IMG/VR virus record: IMGVR_UViG_3300045988_010396
Span: 32,001-96,000 of that record
Length of the DNA: 64,000 nt
Strand: one strand, 5' to 3'
Origin: a virus
The position numbers were made by a program, and so were the translations under genes. The notes under the pieces were generated by a model. It worked only from the letters and a program-made list of their open reading frames with translations, was not told the DNA's origin and ran no database searches. Numbering within the stretch: the first letter of the stretch is position 1; the number at the start of each line of letters is the position of its first letter. Positions 57,332 through 64,000 of this stretch are shown here, one piece after another.

Positions 57332-60300
57332 TCCTAAGCAGTCAAGCTCATGTTGCTTCTCCTGTTCAGTCCAACTATTGAAAAACTCTTCAATGTTTAT
57401 TGTTTCTCTATACTTAGTTCTAAGTGCTTCTTGCTGTTCGGAGGATAAACTACTAAAGCTTATGCCTGTTGGGTTACTTTCTACCTTTATGGGCTTAGCT
57501 CCAGGTTTCTTAACTATAGGCTTTCTCTTAGTTTTAACCTTACCTATAGTAAGCTCACCATCCCTCTTTACTTGAGGCTCTGGCTTAGCTTCTGCGCTTT
57601 CAACCTTACTCTCTGTAGGAGTAATCTCTCCTACTAGTGCTTTCTCAGATGCAGATAACTTGTCATACTGTATTGATATAGGAGATTCAGGTATCTGTCC
57701 TACTTCTCCTAGAACAGGATTAGCCTGCTTGTACTCTTTATCATTTAATAGTAACTGATTACCTTTGGCTACTGAGTAAGTATTATTGCTGTTAGGTGCA
57801 GGATATTCTACATGTATAGGTATGATATTTAATGATTTAACCTTAATCCCATATTTACCTTCCAAGAACTGCTTATATAAAGATAGCTGTCTTGAGTACT
57901 TAGCCGCTTTTTCTTCACTTATATTCTTGGCTCTGTGGGTCTTCATATCAAAGATATAGAAGTTGCCCTCCCTATCATAAGCCAGTAAGTCAAGTGTTCC
58001 AGCAACTGCTATCTCATGTACCCCTCCATTACTGTCAGTAACCTGTAGAGTACCTGTAGCTACTATATCTCTAGGTATAACTGTAAGACCTTGAGCAACA
58101 AGATAATTCTTGAATTTCTGTAACTGTTCAGCAAATCTACTAAGAGCCTCTTTTGAAGCATTGGGGTAAACCATCTCCACTGACTTACCATCACTTAACC
58201 AACCTACTGGACTAGGGGTGATATACCCATTAAAGAAATCCCTTACAAATTCATCAACACCAGTACCTATATTAGTAGATGGTGTAACCCAGGGGCTGTT
58301 AGGGTCAAATCTCTCGCCAGCCTGCTCATCAGCTTGTATGATTGAAGTAACTCTGACATATGTTTTACCTGTTCTTGTGTTGACATAAGTAAGACCATCT
58401 TCTGATAGTTGTACTACCCTAGAGTCTGCCATTATCTTTTCACTGACTTCTTGAGCTTTCTCCATAGCAGTAGTAACTTTATTTCTAACTTCTGTGCCTT
58501 GTTCAGTAAGGCCAGTATCAGTATCCACCTTCTCTCCTGATTGAGTAACAGCTGTTCCTGTATCTTGACTACTGGTAGAAGTAGAATTATCTGCATTAAC
58601 TACTACAGAAGTAGGATTAGCAGGTACAGGCTCTCTTAGAGCTACTGGGCTTGATACCTCAACTCCACTAATATCTCTCTCAAGTCTGTCAATTCCTACT
58701 CTCAAGATGTTGTCATATATAAGGTTAGTTACATTCTCCTCCTTATAATGCTTAGTATTAGGAGTATAGTAGCTGGGGTCTTTATCAACTTGCCAATTTA
58801 CACCCTGCCTAAAAGAACCACTAGGCATAAGCAGATTAGACAGTATTACCGCCATATTCTTAGCAGTTACCTCTTTCTCTGTTACACTGTTCACTATTCT
58901 TCCTAAGTTCTCATCACCTAAGTATAGGTCTAGTCCTAGACTTCCATCTACATTAGCAGGTCTTATAGAGTATTCAGCACTTGTTGAGTATATATGTCTC
59001 CTCAACTTATTATTTATATTCTCTATTATGGATATAGCCTTACTTTCACCAGTGAAACTAGTACCATCAGAAGTTAATTCTGTTAGGTCATTATTCTTAA
59101 CCAGACTATTAAGTACTCTTATAAAGTCTCTAGTTCTGCTGTTAAAATAAACTATATCAGTAGCACTGCCTGTTGATAGCACCTCTGCAAGTGATTTTCC
59201 ATTTCTAGGGCTGGTAGTCTCATCCAGAGTCTTAGTCAAGACTGGTATCTCAGATACAGACTCATCTCCCTTCATAGTGGGCAACCTATAGTATAATGTA
59301 GGTTTGCCATTCTTATCCTTTTTAGCAAAGAGTCTGCTTGCAACCTTTCTAACATATTTGTTATATGCTGCATTCCTTCTTATAGGGTCTTGGGTTGCAT
59401 CCTCAATTATAGCTTTGTCTTCTGGAGAAAGGTCTTCACTTATAAGTGAAGCAAAGTCCCTGTCAGTTTCTCTTGATGTACTTATATTGAGAGGAGGGCT
59501 AGCCACTATTACACTTGAGGTTACTTTTTTGTTGCCTGCTGATATAATCTTATTAGGTTGCTCAATAGCAAGTTGTCTTATCTGCCCTGCTCTGCTATCT
59601 AGTTCAGTTCTTGGTAGTACCCCAATAGGCTGGTATCTCTTATTGCCAATCACTATAGGACCATCACCATCCTCAACTATAGCTAACACTGGCAGATGCT
59701 GCTCATCAGTATAAGCAGTAGAACCATTCTTCATACTCTCCTTGACTCCTGTAGTTACATCATCAAGAGCAGCATAGAATACTACTGACCTATTTCCTGA
59801 CTTTCTGCTAAGCTTACCACTTCTAAGATACTCATCAACTCTCCATTCTCTAAACTTTCTACTTAGGAAGCTACTAAGATTACTGTTTATTCTAGCTAAT
59901 GATATAGTGGGCTTCTGTTGTGGAACTTCTGTAGGTGAGGTAGTCTTTTCAGCTTCTTTCTTCCCCACTTTAATAGTATGACTTGCCTGTTGTAGTAGAG
60001 AACCAGACCTCTCATTTATATCACCCCCCTGAGTAGCACTACCTAACAGCCTTACTGCTTCTTTAGCTATAGCTTCCTGTAGCTCTTCTGTAGAGTTATA
60101 GTGCTTACTTCCTAGTTTGTTTATTGCACTTATAGCTGCTTGCTTTGCATCCTCATCATATATAGCACTGGCATTCCTGACCACATTTATGGCTTGCTCT
60201 GCTGCTGTAAGTACCTCTCCATCATTATTATTGATGAAGTCATCTGATAATACAGTAACACCTTCACCCCCAGTTTCACTAGGTTGAGTAGGTGTAGTAA

Positions 60301-63300
60301 CAGTTTCAGGGGCTTTCTCAGCTTCCTTCGCAGCAGCTATCTGTCTACCAGACTCTTCAAGATTTGAAGTAGCATCATTAGATGCAAATATACCTGTTAG
60401 GGGTGCTGGCTTATCAGCAGCTACTGGCTTCTCTTCAGCCTCTTTTGTAATTTCCTCTTTTACTTCCTCATTCTTCTTGTAACTCTCCAAGGCTCTCTTA
60501 TATGAGTTCACCACAGCACCTATATTCTCCAGAGAGATTTTCATATTATCTTTTAACTTCTGGTTGAAAGCTTCAATCCAAGTTACTAAGTTTGACTTAC
60601 CACTGTCATCTGCTGATGTAAGAGCAGCCACAGCATCATCATAGTTACTTATATCTATACCCCTCCTAGACAAGAACTTAGTCATTGCAGCTACTAAGTC
60701 TTTATCTTGCTCTGAAATATCATTGAAAGCCTCATTCTTGATTAACTGGTTGTATATTCCCTCAGCAACCTCATCATCTTTCTTATATCTTTGGTATAGA
60801 GGATTGTCCTTTAGAGTCTGGTCAAGTACTGCTGCTTCATAATCATCAGCCTCATATAGAGCATTATCTACAGCTTCTGCAAATGCAGAGTAGTCTTGTA
60901 TCTCATTGAGCTTCTTATAGGACTTCTCAGCACCTTCAAGCCTCTTGATTAGTCTTAATCTATTCTCTATATTAGATAATATGTTTGGATTTTTAAGAGC
61001 TGCATTATACTGACCTAAGAATGTCATCTGAGCATCATTTATCCTAGCAGCATCCTCTACTTTGTTCATAAAGTCAGATGTAGCTGCTGTACCCTTCTCC
61101 ACTAGTCTTGCAATAACATCCTGCTGCTCTTGACTATACTTTCCCCTATTCTCTGGATTAAGCATTCTATACCTGTCAACAGGACTAAGTGACATAATAT
61201 CTGACTCACTCAATACAGGGGTAGCTCCTTCTTCAAGCCCCTTAGATAGTTTCTTGTAAGCTGCCATAGCTTTCTTCTTACTGTCCTGAAGGACCTTTAG
61301 CTGTTTATTGAGGGTGGATAGTTCACTCTTTTGCTTATCTGATAATATTGACTTATTCTTCTCTAAGTTACTTATCTTAGTTTGATAAGTCTCAATATCC
61401 TTATCAAATGCAGTGGGTTCTGATATAGAACCATACCTGGCTATATACTTCTTCTGCTCATCTGTTAATGTGGTTGCAACACCTCCACCATAACTAGAGA
61501 GTAACTCATTTTCAAGCTGAGTAGCTCTTTCTCTCCAGTCACCCATACTGAGCTTACCATATATAAGAGCCTCCTTAGTTTCTTGTGGAATGCTATTACC
61601 TAAGCTCTTCTCAAGGTCAGCAGTAGCCTCTTGAACTTTTTGCATAACATCGAGCATACTCTGGGCATCTTTCTTAATATCCTCAAGAGGTCTATCATCA
61701 TATTGGGCTATCTGCTGAGCCATTTTATCTCCCTCTTGAGCATTAAGTATATCTGTATATCTTTGAATATAAGCATCATATAATGGAGTGCCTTTCAATT
61801 GCTCAAGCATGAAGTAGTCCTGTACTTGCTTACCTAGTCTACTATTTCTATAGCTGAACTCATCACCCTCATCAGAAGCTTGTTGCATACTTCTAGCCCA
61901 TCCTAATGAACCTCTTAAAGAAGTAAGTCTTTCTCTGTTATTGCCTTGAGCTAGCCACTCATTAAGTGCTTTAGCTGACTCTCTTCTATCTTGATTCTCC
62001 TGCTTGTCGTTATAATAACTCTCTATGAATGGATTTCTCCAAAGGTTTCTAGCTATGGCACCTGCCTTACCTAAAGTACTCTTGCCTTCTAATGATGCCC
62101 TATCACCTTTAGACAGCCAGGCATTGACATTAGGAGTACCCATAGCTTGACCTAATGCACCATATATACCAGATTGAATAGCATCCTTGCTTATAGCTTT
62201 CCTACCTACTGCTGCAAATGCTGCACCTAAGTTATCAGACATGCTATCTACTATAGCATCATCTGCCACACCATCATATCTCTGTGCTATATAATTAGCT
62301 AAGTCATTCTCAGCAGCACCTCTAGAGAAAGCATCAGATACATCTTGGCTATACTCTTCAAGACCTTCGCCAATCATTTCCTTAGCCATATTCCAAGCCA
62401 TCTGCTTCTTTGTAAGTTCTCTAGCTACTACGTTACCAGCATCATCAAGAGAATATCTATTTCCTGCAAACAACTTTCCTACCTTACTTCTACTAAGTGC
62501 CTCTCTTGTTTTACCATTAAACATAGAAGCCTTTAGAGTCATATTAGCCGCTCCATTGATAAAGGAGTTAATAGTAAAGTTAGTTAGGGCTGCTTTATCT
62601 GCATTCTCTTCTGCTCTCTTTAGGGCATCCTCATACATTGGTTGAAACTCATCCCATACCTCTTGCCTTATTCTTTGTTCCGCAGCCTTATAGTCTCTGG
62701 AATAGGAAGTACCATCCTTGGTATCTTTAGTCAGTGGGGCAGTCTTCCACCACTCCTGCATTCTTTTCTGTACTTCTTCCTCCATTCTCTTGGCTTGCTC
62801 CTCTCCTATCATCTTCTTAGCATCCTCAAGATAGTCCTGCTTTGTATTAAGGGCATTCAAAGCACCCTCACCCTGACCTACCAATGCAGGGATTACATAA
62901 GCATTATATCTCCTCTGCCAAGCACTTATATTTTGAAGGGCCTTATTGACATTACTAGCGGTCTCTGCTGTAGCAGCCAGTTTGCTACCCATAGTAGCAT
63001 ACTTCATAGTATTGAAGACCCTATTACCTATAGCAGAAAGACCACAACCTTCAAGCATCGAAGCAACTGTAAAACCAGACTGCTGCATTAGTTCTGGAAT
63101 AGTATTTACACTAAAGATATTATCCCATAGGTTCTCCTGTTCCTCAGTAGTTCTTATAACCTCAAGCCTGTTGTATGCCTTCTCAGGGTCATTCTCTGTA
63201 AACAGAACTCCTTGCTTCATTACTTGGTCTCCATACCTAGTCCAAGAATTATCTAAGAACTGAGACCATAGGTTATCTAGATAACCCTCTTTCTGACTTC

Positions 63301-63976
63301 CACCAATTAATCTATCAAAACCTGTTAAGGCAGCAAGACCTCCAGTGATATTACCAACAAATGATATAGTACCACCAACTATATTAGCACCCATACCAGC
63401 CAGACCCTTCCATAGCTTATCTATTAGTGGTTGATTCTCAGATACTTCATCCTGTACTCTAGCAGCCATCTTCTTAGCTGCTGCCTCTGGGCCAAAAGCT
63501 TCTGACTCAGTTTGATAAGTGGACATAAGTTCTATCTTCTTATTACCATCCAGAGGAAAGTACTCAGTACCTTTGAATCTCTTATAGTATGGAGAAACCT
63601 CATCTAACATCTTGTCAAAGTCCCCCCACTGTCTTCTAGTACTTCCTATAAGATTACCATTATTAGCAACACCAGTATTGTACTCCTCCTCATGGGCCTG
63701 CTTAGTATTCTGATATACTTGCAGGTTCTCTATGTCATCATCTGGGGAAGAGAGGTATATACTATCTCTCTTCTCAGGTGACATACCTTTCAGAATGTTA
63801 TAGTCTTCTCTATTCCCAAACTTATTCTTAAAGGAGCTGTTTCTAAAGTATCTATCCTTTCTGTTATCATCCCAGTTAGTGTACCCTAGCTTATTAAGTT
63901 CCTCTATATTATCTTTCTCCCACTGTGCCCTATCTTGAGCTGTGAGACCTTTAACATTAAATACAAAGTCTGACAT
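57329..63976 (-). CDS. giant protein (2215 aa), probable virion/cargo protein
   Basis: uninterrupted 6.6-kb ORF on the minus strand; long coiled-coil-rich regions. Confidence 0.4.
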   Translation of the reverse strand: MSDFVFNVKGLTAQDRAQWEKDNIEELNKLGYTNWDDNRKDRYFRNSSFKNKFGNREDYNILKGMSPEKRDSIYLSSPDDDIENLQVYQNTKQAHEEEYNTGVANNGNLIGSTRRQWGDFDKMLDEVSPYYKRFKGTEYFPLDGNKKIELMSTYQTESEAFGPEAAAKKMAARVQDEVSENQPLIDKLWKGLAGMGANIVGGTISFVGNITGGLAALTGFDRLIGGSQKEGYLDNLWSQFLDNSWTRYGDQVMKQGVLFTENDPEKAYNRLEVIRTTEEQENLWDNIFSVNTIPELMQQSGFTVASMLEGCGLSAIGNRVFNTMKYATMGSKLAATAETASNVNKALQNISAWQRRYNAYVIPALVGQGEGALNALNTKQDYLEDAKKMIGEEQAKRMEEEVQKRMQEWWKTAPLTKDTKDGTSYSRDYKAAEQRIRQEVWDEFQPMYEDALKRAEENADKAALTNFTINSFINGAANMTLKASMFNGKTREALSRSKVGKLFAGNRYSLDDAGNVVARELTKKQMAWNMAKEMIGEGLEEYSQDVSDAFSRGAAENDLANYIAQRYDGVADDAIVDSMSDNLGAAFAAVGRKAISKDAIQSGIYGALGQAMGTPNVNAWLSKGDRASLEGKSTLGKAGAIARNLWRNPFIESYYNDKQENQDRRESAKALNEWLAQGNNRERLTSLRGSLGWARSMQQASDEGDEFSYRNSRLGKQVQDYFMLEQLKGTPLYDAYIQRYTDILNAQEGDKMAQQIAQYDDRPLEDIKKDAQSMLDVMQKVQEATADLEKSLGNSIPQETKEALIYGKLSMGDWRERATQLENELLSSYGGGVATTLTDEQKKYIARYGSISEPTAFDKDIETYQTKISNLEKNKSILSDKQKSELSTLNKQLKVLQDSKKKAMAAYKKLSKGLEEGATPVLSESDIMSLSPVDRYRMLNPENRGKYSQEQQDVIARLVEKGTAATSDFMNKVEDAARINDAQMTFLGQYNAALKNPNILSNIENRLRLIKRLEGAEKSYKKLNEIQDYSAFAEAVDNALYEADDYEAAVLDQTLKDNPLYQRYKKDDEVAEGIYNQLIKNEAFNDISEQDKDLVAAMTKFLSRRGIDISNYDDAVAALTSADDSGKSNLVTWIEAFNQKLKDNMKISLENIGAVVNSYKRALESYKKNEEVKEEITKEAEEKPVAADKPAPLTGIFASNDATSNLEESGRQIAAAKEAEKAPETVTTPTQPSETGGEGVTVLSDDFINNNDGEVLTAAEQAINVVRNASAIYDEDAKQAAISAINKLGSKHYNSTEELQEAIAKEAVRLLGSATQGGDINERSGSLLQQASHTIKVGKKEAEKTTSPTEVPQQKPTISLARINSNLSSFLSRKFREWRVDEYLRSGKLSRKSGNRSVVFYAALDDVTTGVKESMKNGSTAYTDEQHLPVLAIVEDGDGPIVIGNKRYQPIGVLPRTELDSRAGQIRQLAIEQPNKIISAGNKKVTSSVIVASPPLNISTSRETDRDFASLISEDLSPEDKAIIEDATQDPIRRNAAYNKYVRKVASRLFAKKDKNGKPTLYYRLPTMKGDESVSEIPVLTKTLDETTSPRNGKSLAEVLSTGSATDIVYFNSRTRDFIRVLNSLVKNNDLTELTSDGTSFTGESKAISIIENINNKLRRHIYSTSAEYSIRPANVDGSLGLDLYLGDENLGRIVNSVTEKEVTAKNMAVILSNLLMPSGSFRQGVNWQVDKDPSYYTPNTKHYKEENVTNLIYDNILRVGIDRLERDISGVEVSSPVALREPVPANPTSVVVNADNSTSTSSQDTGTAVTQSGEKVDTDTGLTEQGTEVRNKVTTAMEKAQEVSEKIMADSRVVQLSEDGLTYVNTRTGKTYVRVTSIIQADEQAGERFDPNSPWVTPSTNIGTGVDEFVRDFFNGYITPSPVGWLSDGKSVEMVYPNASKEALSRFAEQLQKFKNYLVAQGLTVIPRDIVATGTLQVTDSNGGVHEIAVAGTLDLLAYDREGNFYIFDMKTHRAKNISEEKAAKYSRQLSLYKQFLEGKYGIKVKSLNIIPIHVEYPAPNSNNTYSVAKGNQLLLNDKEYKQANPVLGEVGQIPESPISIQYDKLSASEKALVGEITPTESKVESAEAKPEPQVKRDGELTIGKVKTKRKPIVKKPGAKPIKVESNPTGISFSSLSSEQQEALRTKYRETINIEEFFNSWTEQEKQHELDCLG

Positions 63977-64000
63977 TATAATCCCTCATTTTGTTGTTGT

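Noticed and set aside
47000-63900. Numerous 60-150-aa antisense ORFs inside the three giant genes (e.g. 48976..49164, 59304..59714, 62642..63091)
   Set aside because: They are embedded antisense in long, uninterrupted ORFs and have no independent support.
1-64000. Genome-wide stop-codon reassignment (TGA or TAG recoding, as in some crAss-like lineages)
   Set aside because: All large genes, including three of over 1300 aa, are open in the standard code, and no suppressor tRNA (anticodon TCA or CTA) was found in the array. The single in-frame TGA in the Ro60 gene is therefore treated as a local disruption or readthrough, not recoding.
1-64000. CRISPR array or other direct-repeat arrays
   Set aside because: No regularly spaced repeats were seen. 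The only repetitive structures are the tRNA array, the three tRNA-like modules and short homopolymer or dinucleotide tracts.

Overview
This 64-kb window reads as a large double-stranded DNA phage genome segment, most likely a crAss-like phage of Bacteroidetes. Three things support that call. There are three giant ORFs (2159, 1372 and 2215 aa) of the kind that encode virion-packaged RNA polymerase and cargo proteins. A Bacteroidetes-type promoter (TTTG-N20-TAnnTTTG) sits upstream of the Ro60 gene. There is also a dense tRNA array and a replication/nucleotide-metabolism module. Gene orientation switches three times: minus before about 4.3 kb, plus from 5.4 to 57.3 kb, and minus after 57.3 kb.

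Features I can support:
- An array of about 20 tRNA genes on the minus strand (1.36-4.31 kb), with an Amidase_2 endolysin embedded in it.
- A phage-encoded tmRNA (ssrA-like, tag ending ALAA), preceded by a tRNA-Lys-like gene with an insertion in its D-loop.
- A Ro60/TROVE-vWA (Rsr-like) gene followed by three tandem tRNA-mimic RNAs (YrlA/Y-RNA-like) that share a conserved inserted motif. The Ro60 gene is interrupted by an in-frame TGA and a frameshift at a (TA)7 tract.
- Anaerobic ribonucleotide reductase nrdD split by a 770-nt element carrying an HNH endonuclease and a group-I-intron-like P7 signature, plus nrdG.
- dUTPase, ThyX, thioredoxin, UDG, family A DNA polymerase, a DnaB-like helicase, DnaG-like primase and an SF2 helicase.
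- A T4 Pnk-like kinase, a HAD phosphatase and a RecB-family nuclease.
- An adjacent E1-like (ThiF) and JAB/MPN protease pair.
- Four homing endonucleases (three HNH, one GIY-YIG).
- A HicA-like toxin, an SPFH lipoprotein and a membrane-anchored retropepsin-like protease.

All coordinates derived by my own counting, including the tRNA and other RNA boundaries, are approximate to a few bases. Product calls rest on motif recognition by eye, not on searches.
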